This document shows, piece after piece, positions 34,987 to 47,673 of a stretch of 64,000 nucleotides of DNA; within the stretch, counting starts at the first letter, position 1, and every line of letters begins with the position of its first letter. The notes beneath the pieces were generated by a model. That model saw only the letters and a program-made list of their open reading frames with translations. It ran no database searches and had not been told where the DNA came from. The DNA comes from Dudresnaya verticillata (lineage: Eukaryota), in assembly GCA_977862235.1 (NCBI GenBank), contig OZ374557.1, positions 1,736,001-1,800,000 of the forward strand, read 5' to 3'. A program made the position numbers and the translations under genes.

Positions 34987-37935
34987 TTACTTCTTCGAAG
35001 CGTCTTCGTTGTTCTCCTTGAACTTCTCTATTTCCTCCTTCGCATAGCTTCTGACTTTCGAAGCCATCGAAGAAACGAAGTCGTATCCAAATAACGCTCT
35101 CTGGTTGAACCGATAAAGCTTCCATGCCCTTTTACGACCCGGTGCGTCCTTGTAGTTGGGGTAAGGCCTTCGTTCAATGCAGACGTCCACGATTCTTCGC
35201 AGGTAGTCTTGTTCCAATGACTTGACTAGATGGGCAAGTGCGAAAGACCCGCAAGAAACGCCATCCAGTTGTTGCGGCCCAGTTACCGTGGCTCCAAGCT
35301 CTGTAAAATACTGCCGTAAGCATTCCATAGCCCGTTCATAGTTCGGTGCAGGGCGGTCTTCCAGGGGTGCGGCTTGTGTGAGGTGATATGCATAGGTACT
35401 CCTCAATATCAGCTCGACAAAGACCATAGTAGATTCAAATATCTCTGTCTGATTCGGGTGATTGAGACTGTCGAAGATTAGGAAAACAGGTGTCTTGCTA
35501 TGAAGTGTGTTTGCGAGGTTGAAACCCTGCGGAAAAGCGTCTTTGTTGTCAAACTCTTGCACCATGTAGTTGATGGCCAATTCAAATTTGCGAATAACAA
35601 CCGTCTGGTAGTGCTGAAGAGTTTTCTGGTGCATGATCATCATATACCACTCGCACTGCAATGGATGCGCTATACTCCCTTTCTTAATCATCCTGGAGAG
35701 CGATTCAGCCATTTCCTCCATTGATTCCGTCTTTGTCCTTACGGAGCTCTGGAAGCGCTCCAAAACCATTGTGTTGGTGAGTGCTCCCAGTGACGCAAAA
35801 TTCCCTTCACCTGGTGGGAAGAATCTGCTGACCCGCTTGAAGCATTTTCCGACAAGGTCGATGGATGTATCATTGCACTTGTACCTCGGGAACTCAAAAA
35901 AAGGGCCAAGGCCTTCTTCGGAAAGATGGATACCTTCAGACGTCGTTATGCTTTCCATGCCCTCCGGCCAGTTCGGAATGCCATGTATCGGTCGCTCGGG
36001 AACATCTGAATCTTCCGTAGGCTTGGGTGAAGGACCTGTCATGACAACATCGGTCGCGTCACACAGTTTCCACGCGGAATCAATTGATTCCTTTGCATCA
36101 TTGCGTTTGACTGCATCCGTATCCGTTCCGGTATCCTTTCCTTCCTTGGCATTAATTGTCTTTCCTATCCCCGCAGGCTTCATTTTTCGTTGGACCTTTC
36201 TTGCATTGGCAGGCCGTGACGACGGCTGAAACTCTGTATTTGTTCGCTTGTATGCCTTCGCAGATTTTGTGACGGCTTTGTCCTCTTCCACGGCCCCGTC
36301 ATCTTCTTTTTCCTCTTCCACGTCCCCGTCATCTTCCTTCTCATCACCATTGTGCGCCTTTTGTTCACTCGCAACCTCTCCCTGCCCCTTTTCTCTTTCG
36401 CTAACAACCGGAAGCTTGTCTCCAGTCCCAGTTTCTGTAGCACTGGCATCTTTTTCTTCATTGGGGACGCCTCCCATCTTCCCAATCTTGACAATATCTC
36501 CAACCTTTTCTGATTTTCCTTCATCATCCTTCTTCGTCGCCTCCGGCTTCTCTACTTCTCCATTTTTAGAAGAGGTTACAGCATCTGTGTTGGGCCTACG
36601 AACCTGCGCCGCCTCCACCAGCTCCGTCGCGTTTTTAGCATTACCATTCTTAGTGATCTGCGGCTTTTCTGCACCCGACTTTTCGATCGAAAAGTCGATG
36701 TCGACACTAATGCCTTTGTCGGCAGTTGCCACTCCGGAGTCCGAACCGGTATTCCTTATCACTGATGTCTTGGCTGTGGTTTCCAGATCATCTCCATTGA
36801 TTCTTTCGACTGTAGCTACAGATCTTATCTTGGTACTCTTCGCCGTCTTATTACTCTTTACCGTCTTTCCATTGCTGCCAGAAGGGCTCTTGTTGCCAGC
36901 CTTGGTGTTGCTAGATGTAGCTGCAGCCACTCTTCCAGTCGAGCTTTTGCTTCCGTTAGTTTCCATCACCGCATCTTTACGTGTCCCTGACTTCACGTTT
37001 TCCCTTCTACCCTTTCCTGCAGCTTTAGTGTTGCCGTCCATCTCAATTGTTGGGATATCCTTGGCGCTCCTGGCGGTGCTCGTGGCGGATCTGCCTGCGG
37101 CGCTCGTCTTTCCCTCAGTGGTCATCATAGTAAGCTTACCTGCCCCTGATTTCGTGCACGAGTCAGCCATGGCTGACTTCTTACCCTTCCCAGCATCTCC
37201 AGTATTACCGGTTGTCCCAGCTACCGTAATAAGCTTGGAGGAAAGCTCATCGTCTTTCCCATTATGTGCACTGATTGGCGTAACCGCATTACCAGCCGTC
37301 TCAGGTACAGTCGCAGCGCCAAAAATCGCCCCTTCTCGGTCTTCTCTTCTCACTGTTCTCTTAGAACTCCTTTCTGCAAGCCCTCGACGGTTTGTTGGTT
37401 TGGGCCTTAGCCTTTTTCGTGACACAGCTCTTGTAGGCGGGACCTCCGTACTACGCGAAACAGTAGATCTAATCGCTTCGCGTCGACTCACGATATCAGC
37501 ATGGCGACGTTGCGAGTCTTCCATCTCATCGTAGATCATATCATCTTCTTGCAGGTATGTGGCAGCAATGTTTTCATTATCTCCTGTCACCTGAGGTACA
37601 ATCGTAGTTCCAAACTCTGGCAGAAACCCTTCCGCTACAGGACCCCATGTAGGAGCACGATGGGCGTACTCCTCGAACGCGTCAACAGAAACGACATCAT
37701 CGTTCGATTCGTACAGACTTGCATGCCTGCATATCAGGTCTCCCAAGCTGCTTGGAGTGAGACGGTCGCGCAAGAATCGCCGGCAAGCCTCCGCCTCCAT
37801 TTCATTTAGAGCCAGGAAGCTTCCGATCCCTTGGGCTCGATCGTCTCCATCTTCATAATCTTCACACGGCAAATCACGACGATCACCTAGGTCATCGCTT
37901 TCTCCAGACGACTCGAGCGCTGTTTGCTCGTCCAT
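34987..37935 (-). CDS. Ulp1/SENP-like (peptidase C48) protease with a long disordered N-terminal region
   Basis: Uninterrupted ORF of ~980 aa; C-terminal QHYQTVVI (His), FLIFDSL (Asp) and PQQLDGVSCGSFAL (Gln/Cys) in C48 order. Confidence 0.8.
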   Translation of the reverse strand: MDEQTALESSGESDDLGDRRDLPCEDYEDGDDRAQGIGSFLALNEMEAEACRRFLRDRLTPSSLGDLICRHASLYESNDDVVSVDAFEEYAHRAPTWGPVAEGFLPEFGTTIVPQVTGDNENIAATYLQEDDMIYDEMEDSQRRHADIVSRREAIRSTVSRSTEVPPTRAVSRKRLRPKPTNRRGLAERSSKRTVRREDREGAIFGAATVPETAGNAVTPISAHNGKDDELSSKLITVAGTTGNTGDAGKGKKSAMADSCTKSGAGKLTMMTTEGKTSAAGRSATSTARSAKDIPTIEMDGNTKAAGKGRRENVKSGTRKDAVMETNGSKSSTGRVAAATSSNTKAGNKSPSGSNGKTVKSNKTAKSTKIRSVATVERINGDDLETTAKTSVIRNTGSDSGVATADKGISVDIDFSIEKSGAEKPQITKNGNAKNATELVEAAQVRRPNTDAVTSSKNGEVEKPEATKKDDEGKSEKVGDIVKIGKMGGVPNEEKDASATETGTGDKLPVVSEREKGQGEVASEQKAHNGDEKEDDGDVEEEKEDDGAVEEDKAVTKSAKAYKRTNTEFQPSSRPANARKVQRKMKPAGIGKTINAKEGKDTGTDTDAVKRNDAKESIDSAWKLCDATDVVMTGPSPKPTEDSDVPERPIHGIPNWPEGMESITTSEGIHLSEEGLGPFFEFPRYKCNDTSIDLVGKCFKRVSRFFPPGEGNFASLGALTNTMVLERFQSSVRTKTESMEEMAESLSRMIKKGSIAHPLQCEWYMMIMHQKTLQHYQTVVIRKFELAINYMVQEFDNKDAFPQGFNLANTLHSKTPVFLIFDSLNHPNQTEIFESTMVFVELILRSTYAYHLTQAAPLEDRPAPNYERAMECLRQYFTELGATVTGPQQLDGVSCGSFALAHLVKSLEQDYLRRIVDVCIERRPYPNYKDAPGRKRAWKLYRFNQRALFGYDFVSSMASKVRSYAKEEIEKFKENNEDASKK

Positions 37936-38051
37936 AACGTCTTCGTTTTGGAGCACCGCTAGCGCTTTTGCCGCTATGCAGCTCTTGCAAACGAAAAGTC
38001 AAAAGAAAGTCAACGCTTGGTAATACCAATACTATTGGGAGTATTTGCCGC

Positions 38052-38113
38052 CGCACGCCTTCGCACGCCTTCGCACGCCGTCGCACGCCGTCGCACGCCC
38101 TCGCACGCCGTCA
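38052..38113. repeat. 10-bp tandem repeat (cgcacgccNt) x6
   Basis: Directly visible, ~120 bp upstream of the protease ATG. Confidence 0.95.
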
Positions 38114-38749
38114 CACTCTGTCGCTCGAGCGACAGCGATTGCTGTGACACGCTGATATAATCTGAGAAAAGAAAACAGACAGTTGGAGCAAAAGAGACCT
38201 GGTGAGCCTGTCCAGCCTCGCTCCGGAGTGGGCTGATAGAGAACGGGAGTACGTAGATTGTACTTCCCAGGCGGCGCGGGCCAGAACTGATCGCTCGGAA
38301 AATCAAGGAACGCTAAATGGCCTCTGTGGCCCTTGCTTCCAGCAATCTCGTTTTTGCCACCTAGGTGGTATCTTACAATATCTTGCCGGCAAGAGCCCTT
38401 GGTCAAAAGAAGCTTCTTTGGACCAAGGGAAAGATATTGTTGAATAAAATTTACAAGTCCTGGTTCTTGCGGCTGATCTCGATCAAGACGATATCAACAG
38501 AATTCTGTTTTTAAAACCTAAGTGCCAAAACCTACCCAGCAGCAGCGGCCGGAGTTGCCACGGAACAGTTTCACCAGCTCACAAGAATTTTCAAGTTTGT
38601 TCATGAGCCGTGCCTAAACTGAATCGTTTTTGTTTGCTTATCTCACTGGCTCACTTCGTATTCGTTTCCGGAAGCACCACTAGCGCGCGCTACCGTGGTA
38701 TTCCGTATACTTTTGAGATCGTGCCGACATTTTCAAGTGCAACATAAGC

Positions 38750-40571
38750 GTGCGCGAGCGGCAAACACTCCTGAAACATTTCCTTCGCGTACGACGTCGT
38801 TTCCATTTCCTTGGTGAAGTTCTTGCCATCCTGATACTTATGATGGCTGCTGGAGAGAAGAAGAAAGTCAGGTTCTCTACCGGTAAAGGAGGGGCGACGA
38901 CGAAATCGAAGATGGACATCTCCAAACAGCGACGAGGGAATACCCTGCGCCGTACCAAATCAGGAAACGAAGCCAGTAAGCTCAGTCAAATGAAGGAGAC
39001 TGAAACTGCTACTAGAAGGGCTGCTTTGAAGATTCGAATTGCGGAGATTATTAACATGCCCCTTGCGACATGGTGCTGGGTTTACGATGCCGATGCTAAA
39101 TTCAGTGCAGGGCTGGAAACTGTTCATACAGTTTTGGTTGCTTCGTCTCTGGCACGAAAGGGAATGAAGCAATTCAGAACCAACGAGGCCCGTAGAAAGG
39201 CTCTGCTCTTCATGGGAAGTGTTCTGAAGAAGCAGGAGATGAGTGGTGACTCTGCTTCAGGGAAGGACTTAAAGCGCATTTACAGCCGCAACCAGACTGC
39301 CTTGTGTGGCATTGCGGCAGATGATATTTCATCCGTTCTATCTCTGCAATGGAAACAGAAAAGCCGGGCAGAAACCAGGGAAAAGAAATCGCTGCCAGTC
39401 GAAGAGAAGATAGACTTTGAGCACGAGATCGCTAGAGAAATGCTTCGCGGTATGGGAGATGAGGATGGCTCTGGGCTTGGATCAATTTCGGCATGCTTTA
39501 CGCCCTCAATGCTTCTTTCTATCGCTATTGCATATGCGGTAGAGAACAAGTTTGCAAGGGAATCGGATGGAGCAGCAGAGTTTATACAACGGGTCGATAA
39601 GATTCATGCCTCTTGGCAACGCGTATTCGTGGATTCACGTTTGTCTGTGAGGGTATCCGACCGCAGCGTTGTGCTTGGCGACGAAACTAATTTCGAAGTG
39701 CTGCATCGTTCTCTAACGGTTTCTTCATTGTTCAAGTGTCTCTTCAGTCTCTTGTTTACCGTGGTTGTGCGTTATGAAGATGGAGAGCAGGGCAGCGAGG
39801 GAAAAGACTTTTCCTTCAAGTCAATTCATAAGACGGCCATGGGATCTTTGCGTAATGCACACTTCGCGATGCAAGGTTGTGTTGATGAATGGGAGAAGCT
39901 TGATTCGTTTCAAGTCGATCTTCGGCTATTGGGAGTTCTGTCTAATATCCTCATTTAAATGCCGCTAATGAATTCCCAGCACCTTCGAAGCCATCTATTT
40001 CAAGCGGAAGGCCGTAAATTCGGAGATCTATGGAAGACATCCCAGGACAAAGAAGAGCCGAGTCCCTATGGACTTGCTACCTGCCATGTGGCGGCAAGAT
40101 CCTCGGGGGGTTATCCGGCGCGGGTTGCTTGCTGGACTCAGAGAAGAGAGAAGCAAACGCCGTATTCCCAGCTCAAGTGATGCAGTGGCGGCAATTCCAT
40201 CTGTTACCGTGGAGGGTATGGGTCCGATTGACGTCACCGTCAAGATCCTGCTACACGATATGCTCGGTATCGTGAAGGAGGCAATGAGGATGGGTCGTAA
40301 CCTGCGCAAAGAGCTTGGTCGTTCCCTACCGGACCTTGATTTTACTGTTGCGGGCCCCGAGAGTGTGACCGGAAGCAATTTCCATGACCGATGGATTGCT
40401 TCTGTGATTCGGATATTGACACTGGGAATGGTCGTCCCGCGAACCCGTTCCTTGTCAAGTGTGTATGAGGAGACAGTTCTTGCCTTCTACATTAACAGAC
40501 TTGGGGCGGAAAGTGGAGAGAGACTTGCCCGAGCTCCTCTTCGTGCGACTCGTATCAACAATTCGAAGTAA
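38750..40571 (+). pseudogene. Orphan gene, probably one locus with one stop and one frameshift (or short introns)
   Basis: 38750..39958 and 39959..40180 are in the same frame; 40068..40571 overlaps in another frame; likely ATG at ~38840; no domain recognised. Confidence 0.5.
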
Positions 40572-41257
40572 ACTTGTTGCTGAGTCTGGATCTAATGCGT
40601 TACAAGTGTGAAGAGGATTTTACATTAATGCATGAATTCATGAAGTGCACTTCATGAATGTAGTGAATGCATGAAGTGCACTTCAGACTGTGAAGTAGCT
40701 TTTTGTTACACGCGTGCCCAATTGCAGCATTTCATAGCCTACTGGTTTCTAGCTGCTAGCAGCTGATCTCCGATTTTCCGCACCTGACATCTAAGCTTAG
40801 ACCCGAGGGTTATGACGAAAGAAGGGCTGTGAAGTTACGTTTTGAGACCTGACGGAATCACAAACGCATTTAACAGTTAATGAGGCTGAGAAAGAGTTTT
40901 CTATCACATAGATTTATTCGTTACAAACATCTCACATGTTGCAACTCTTCGAGCCGTCGAGGCCCGTAAATCTAAATATATCCACGGATAAGCGACTCCG
41001 CGGAATTACTTTTACCGGATGCTGATATCTAGGGCGATATGATTTTGGATACTATTCTTGAGATAGAAAGTCTGTTGATACCAATTAATGGACCACCGTT
41101 ACCTTGAAAACCCTTTCATGGACCATTATTCTCATCAACATGATTCCATGGACTAGCGTTCCCGCGAACACTATTTAATGGGCGCTTCGAAAGAAAAGTG
41201 AGTTTCATAGGCAAATCTGTAAGCATGCTTACGTGCACGTTTACTGTGAAGCAATTA

Positions 41258-44200
41258 CTAAGAACAACAAGGGCATGTGAGCAGGAGGTAATGAAAATAC
41301 GCCCAGCTCAAATCACTCTCGGAAACGTCAATCGGTCTTCTCGGAAAACGCGGAGAAGACTTCGCCTTGGCCTTGAGGTTTAAAATTGACACTTGATATG
41401 CTAGAAGAGCGATGTAGAAGTCCTGTGAGCAGTAACGGAGACTCTTCTCGATTTCTGAAATTGCTCGATTCCTCTGCTCATGAGCAACTGTATTGGACAT
41501 GTTCAAATTGTCGTGTGCTGTAGGGAAGTAGCTTGGCGAGCAATTGTGATTTAGTGCATGAAGAGCGTCTGATGAGATAGTTCTATCATCAATTGCCCAC
41601 CACAATGTATGCGCAGCGCTGTTGAATACACCGCAAGCAAAGTCATACACAATTTGTCGCGGAACTTGCGCATATCTTGAGACGATCACATCTAGTAAAG
41701 ATCTTGGTCCCTCGTTCTTCTCCAAAACCTTGAAACCCATGATAATTGGTGAAGAACACGAACAACAAAACGTCAGCGCCCCAGGAGTATAACTCTTGTT
41801 CTTCTGCAAATAGCTTTTTGAGCACACCCCGAATGCATCATCGTTGGAAACGTTCTTCAGTTCATCATTGAAGGGCATGGGCCACACTCGAGGGTGAGCT
41901 GGGAAAACACTCCAGTCCTGCATGCGAAAGCATATTGATTGTCGACGTTAGCTTCAAGTCTACCAGCGAGAGGTATCTCCATGTACTTCGCCCGGAGAGC
42001 TGCTACATTTGTCTCGCTCCATTCCTTCGCGAGGCTGGAAGCCTTGCAAGCAGTAGTTGGCAATCTGTCATAGAAAGAAAAGAAGTCACCCACCCTTCTC
42101 GCGACGTCATGAAGCGTCCTCCCAAGGCAATTCAGAAGCGCTTCTGCCACACCCTCGAAATACAAAGCAGCCGAAAGACCGCCCCGGAGTAATCGTAGAA
42201 ACCGCAAAATATTACCCTCCGCATGGCTCTCGAGAACGCTCGTTGCTGAAGTCGTAGTGCCTTCTAGAGCCTTCTTGACATGCTCAACACCACTAAGGCA
42301 GGAAGAAGCAGTATCTATAAGACTCTGTAGCTGCTTTCTCGTAAGTAGCTGTGTACAGGGAGCCTGTAGTAGAGCCTTGAACAAGAGAAGCAAGTCATGA
42401 CGTCCGGCCTTAAGCCAATCTTCTTCTTGATCTCCTTCCAAAGTAAATTCCTTTTTCCACGGCACATCTCGGTTATCACCTAGAGGTACAATGTCAGGCC
42501 TGGATAGGTAAGATTGCACTACGTGCTTGGCCTTCCTATTTGCTGCGTCCATAGCAGAACTGCTGCTGCGCCGCGGCATGCGCGTCTCGCGAGACGGTTT
42601 CGACAGGTATTTCTCTAGTGATCTGCAGAGCCGCTTCAGAAGTACATTCTCGTCAAAGAGAAGAATTGTGAGATGTCTCAGCCTCTTGAGCACGCAATCT
42701 CCAACGTCATCACTGCAGTCTCCAGCATTTCTACCGCATATGGACTCTTGGTAGTAACCGACTGGAAGAAGATTTGGGCTGACTATGCGGATTGCAGATA
42801 CACATGCTGAGACAATCTGACTACTGATAGTAGTTGCCGATCCTTGTATAGCAGAGATGAGTAGCGTAGCTGTACGTTCACGGCGAAGCAATCCGCAAAG
42901 AGGACGTTTCCGAGTTGTATTCCTGGATACCGCCCTAGAAATATTCAACGCCTCGCACGGGTGGGACACGTTGGTAAACTTTTTGCGCAGTCGCTTCTGA
43001 TAACCACTCCATATCCCGTCAGCACAAACTGCATGAATCCTACCATCCTGCGTCTCACATGTTGAGCACTTGAACAGACTCGGTGGAGGAGCAACAACCA
43101 TCAACTTACACATTACGACGCACATCTTCTGTATCGGCCTAGCAGAGCGCCATCCATGCTGTACTTGAAGAATGTCAGCATCATCGGACATAGTTCTCGG
43201 CTTCTTCTCCGCCCAAACGTTTTGAGTTGTGCTAATAGACGTCTCGTCCAGGAAAGAAATTCTGTCCCGTATGTTTCTCTCCATCTGCTTCTCAAAGTGC
43301 GAACGCGCTGTTGAAAATAGTGGCTGCGTCCTCAGCGACACCCCTGGAACCAAATCAGCATCGATATTAGAAAGCATTTCTGAATGAAACTGCTGAATGC
43401 GTCCGCTTACTGTCCCATTCGACAAGGATACGCCGGTAATAATATCCCGTAGAAGCACATGTGTCGCCCCAGAAGATAATGTAAGCAATATAATTCCGTG
43501 GTCTCTGCCTTCTGATGAAATGCGTGCGTTGCATAAAGTCCCGCAGCATTCGAATATCTCAACATTCATTCTGCAAGGCCCAGAACTGCACAAAACAATG
43601 CCCTCCTGTAGCTTCCTGCTACTTTCCATGCGGGGGTTGCTGCAAACAACACAAATATTTGGAGCCCTTACCAGCAGTGCCTCACCTCTTTGAGACAGTT
43701 CCAAGATTTGCCTATTACTCCTGATGCCGTTAGAACAGTTGACAATTGATAACGGAAAGCGGGAGACGGACTGCAGATCTTCCATTGGATCCCATCCTTG
43801 AGCATTAGGGGGCGCTATCTTCTCACGCCGTTCCTCCGCACCATTATCATTTACTGGTCCACCATGTGATTGCAAGGAATGAAAAAGACATACGTGCTCA
43901 CAGGTAGAAGTGTTGGATAAATCGCAAAACGCACAGATCCTATGATCCCCCTTCCGTGTAGTGCGCCTTATCGGAATGTACTGCAGCTCATCTGACGAAA
44001 GTGGATCCACCCTCGAAATCACAGCGATAGATATTCCATGATGGTCCCATAGAAGAGGAAGGTCGATCATAAACGCAGCGCAATCCGCGTCGCCATACTT
44101 CATCTTGCACATTTCGCTCAAAGCGATCGCACATTCCCTCTTAGTCACGGGTGTGCAGTAGGATATGACAATTGAAATCTCAGTAAGAAGGGAATCAAAG

Positions 44201-45085
44201 GCCTCGGCGTGGTGACAGCAAGGTTCATCGAATGCTTTCACGGCTGTATGTATGCGATAGTCTGTGCATCCAATACAAGTACATCGAATCGCGCCCATCC
44301 CATCGATCCAGGTGCAGCATGTATGCCTTTCTCTCACCTTAGATGCAATTCCTTGTCCACCAGACGGAAACGTGTTTCCAGAAGCTGCGAATCTGGCGCA
44401 GATGCCAATAACTGGTCCATGGAGGAGCTCCAATCCATTTCGCTTCTCTCTCCGTTGGATGTATTTGTCTATGAAAAGAACCATTCGCTTACTCAGTTCG
44501 GTCGTATCAATGGTTGTAGAAATGTCACGTGACTGACTTATTCCCCGTATCTGCAGGGCCTGGAGCAGTTTCGCCGAGAACCCTTCTATTCCGTCTCCAG
44601 GAAGCGAACAAAAGTAATTGCAAAGCAGGGCCTTGCTTTGCTCATCGTATGACTTTCTAACATAATCCGCTTGCCTTCTAACACGCCTCCCGAACGAATG
44701 CCCACTCCCTCTCCTCTTCTGAAATCGCGGCGTAACAACACCGAGTTCATATGGTTGGAGAGGGACAGTGTGATAGGACGAGGTGCCTCTAGGATTTGAG
44801 AGATACCTCTCGAACAGATCGAAAGACGCGCGTACAACGGATGGTGTGCTCGAAGGGATAAGTCTCTGGGAACAGGGAACAACTTTCACCTCCCTTTTCC
44901 TCGAACTTCAGCAATAATTCCCTCAGCTCATCAGCTGTGAAATTGAATGAATGCACATCTTCTCCGGCAGCAAGTTCCATTGCCCTTCTATTGTTGTCGC
45001 TGTCACAGCCTTCATCTGATTCTGAGCCCGCAGCAAAGCAGCGCAGAATATCCTCGAAAGACTCTGAAGATGGTTTTCGCAGCAT
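41258..45085 (-). pseudogene. KDZ (Kyakuja-Dileera-Zisupton)-like transposase with SWIM-like and CxC-like Cys clusters; two frameshifts
   Basis: FKCSTC...AVCADG (D1), TPGALTFCCSC...EGP, IVYDFAC (D2), DALHALNHNC, NTVAHEQRN (E); N-terminal CTC...CCHH and CAFC...CEH; frameshifts at ~44890 and ~41905. Confidence 0.75.
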
Positions 45086-45380
45086 GCCGCACGGTCAGTT
45101 GGACTTGGTAGGGTTTTCGCCGCTCGCACGACCGCATGAACCTGAAGTGTCTCGCTTTGTCACTATAGTGCTGCTATAGCAGTTGCACCTGCCACATGCA
45201 AATCCGGGCGCGGCCCTGCGCTGCTAGCGCAAAGCTTTGCGCCGGAACTCAACGGGCTCTTAGGGAAGTACGCTGCGCTGCCTAGGCCGCAGTTTTCCTG
45301 GGCTCTTGAAGGTGCTTAGTGCCCCGCGGAGCGGTGTGAGCCTCGCACGCTCGCACAGTATGGAATGAAACAAACGGACT

Positions 45381-46560
45381 TCAAAACATGTGTGAGTAAG
45401 ATACAGTGAGAGAGAAACAAGAGCTCTTGTTTGTAAGCGGTGGCCACCGCGCGGGCTGCATGGCCATGCAGATGTCCGGACACCAAGGATGACAGATCGC
45501 TTCAGCGATTACTCGCGTCCGGGACGGCCCCGGGGTACCGCGAGATATCTCCAGACGCGTCTCGCGAAGCATGACGCAAGACAGAGATTGAATTGCGCCT
45601 ATCGATGTCCATATCGATGTCCCATTTCGACTCTGCCATTTAAATTTGAATTGCAGAATTTTCTGAGTCCGAGCGGACAACTGCATGTGCTCTCTCTGCA
45701 TATTTTCCATCTCTTCAAAACGACCCCGAAACAGGCATTTTGGAGAACACCAAGGCCGTTTCTCCTTGTTCTTTCGGATCGCTGGCGTGGTAACGTCACT
45801 TGAACCATTGAAATGGAATGCTGAGAACATTCTCATGACCGATTTCAAGGACATTTAGGAACCAGCGTGAGGGTTTGCTCTCATGGAATAAAAGAGAGAG
45901 CAATCTAAGGCTAGTCGAAGGTTTTGGACACGTATGTTCGTTTATTTCCGTCCTGTGACTTGGTATCTTAAAACAAACCACACACTGCACTTCTCCGTAC
46001 CTCGCTCCAGCTATCTGAGGAGAAATATTGTGGATGTTCCGTGAAGTCGGAAGTAATTACTTTGCTTGTCTACATAGACGTTTCTGCTAATACCAGTACA
46101 TCTTTCTGAACAAGAAACGTGATTCCTAACTTTCAGATTTTCTTCACTTCAACCAATTCATATTGATTAGTGGAACCTATAAGTGGTTTGGAGTTGCTTT
46201 CTTTCGGAAAATTTACACTTTTTCAGCACCAATGTATAAAACATGGCAATTTGGGACGGTCAGTCCTGTTCAGAGTGCAGTTACATCCCGTCTTGGACCT
46301 TGAACGGGAAAGAATCACGCCTGGAGAAGTAAAAGAGTGTAGAAGAGTTGATTTATGCCACAATTGTGGTCGCAGAATCGTGTATTCTAGAGCAAGTGAC
46401 AGACGTAGGATATGAGATCTCGTAGACGAATTCTACAGACAAGGTAGTCCAAGAATAGAATTTTGAAGACTAAAATGTTTATAAAACAAAAATAAGAGAC
46501 GAACAAACTGTGAAACGTTTTCTCAAATCCAGCATTTTGCCGGATCTGATACCCATGGGT
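45381..46560 (-). pseudogene. Possible degraded ORF(s) with a zinc-finger-like remnant
   Basis: CVVCFKIPSHRTEINEHTC plus a 157-aa ORF; many stops upstream. Confidence 0.2.
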
Positions 46561-46683
46561 GCAAACAGAAAGACCTCGGAAGCTACGCAGAAATGATTTG
46601 TGTTGGTCCTGAAATGATATTACATGACATATGTCATACTATCCAGTACAGGGTGTACGCGCCTTGCATCGTGCAGGAAAAGA

Positions 46684-46737
46684 ACAGGTACTACGATGCA
46701 CAGATGTGTTAACACATCTGTGCATCGTAGTCCCTGT
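46684..46737. repeat. Perfect 42-bp palindrome (46690-46731), extending imperfectly
   Basis: actacgatgcacagatgtgtt|aacacatctgtgcatcgtagt. Confidence 0.97.
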
Positions 46738-47112
46738 CATGAATTCATAAAGTACAAGTACATTACCTGGAGGTTTGAGCTGCGGCTCACCGCGGTGCAT
46801 GCGCCAGCGACCAGTGTATTTAGGTTTCGCGGTGAGCTCACCTACTAGTAACATTAACAGCACATGTGTCTGAAAAGAAGTAATCACGTGATTGTACAAA
46901 GCGTATTGACTATTAAATAAGGTCTACAGACATAATATCTGAGGAAGATATATTCTTGCAATGTGCTGCAGCATAGCCCGGAATTTTATGCGGCTAGGCC
47001 ACTGCCTTCACGAAAGCAAGAAGCGGTAGACAGAAAATTTTGAAAAATAATAATAACATTAAATTTATTAATAATGAATAATTCAATTTTTAGAAAAAAA
47101 TAAATACTCGAG

Positions 47113-47158
47113 CTTCTAATATTATTATTAAAGGGCGTTTCCACGTGGTAAAACCTCC
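47113..47158 (-). pseudogene. psbD: NUPT fragment: psbD 3' end / psbC start overlap
   Basis: EVLPRGNAL* overlapping GTG-ETPFN. Confidence 0.85.
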
Positions 47159-47159
47159 C

Positions 47160-47240
47160 AAATCAATTGTAAATGCAGATGCAGAAGCTCGATATTTAAG
47201 TCCTGGTGAATTAGATCGTATAAAAAGTTTTGTATTATCA
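47160..47240 (+). pseudogene. apcA: NUPT fragment: allophycocyanin alpha
   Basis: [27 protein letters not shown]. Confidence 0.93.
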
Positions 47241-47508
<268 letters not shown>

Positions 47509-47519
47509 ATAATTTCTTT

Positions 47520-47578
47520 TACTTATCCAGAAATTGGAAATAAATGAAAATATTATTCGATATTTAACCGTTAAACAA
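47520..47578 (+). pseudogene. rps6: NUPT fragment: probable ribosomal protein S6 C-terminus
   Basis: INENIIRYLTVKQ. Confidence 0.55.
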
Positions 47579-47601
47579 ACTGCATTTCAAGGAATTCAAG
47601 T

Positions 47602-47673
47602 AACAACTGATTGATTGAAATTAAAGCCATTTAAGTTAAAAGCCATTGTAGACATTGCAGTGAACCAAATACC
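47602..47673 (-). pseudogene. psbA: NUPT fragment: PSII D1 (2-codon deletion)
   Basis: [24 protein letters not shown]. Confidence 0.93.

Noticed and set aside
36248..37534. 428-aa hydrophobic plus-strand ORF
   Set aside because: Antisense shadow of the Lys/Glu/Thr-rich region of the protease gene
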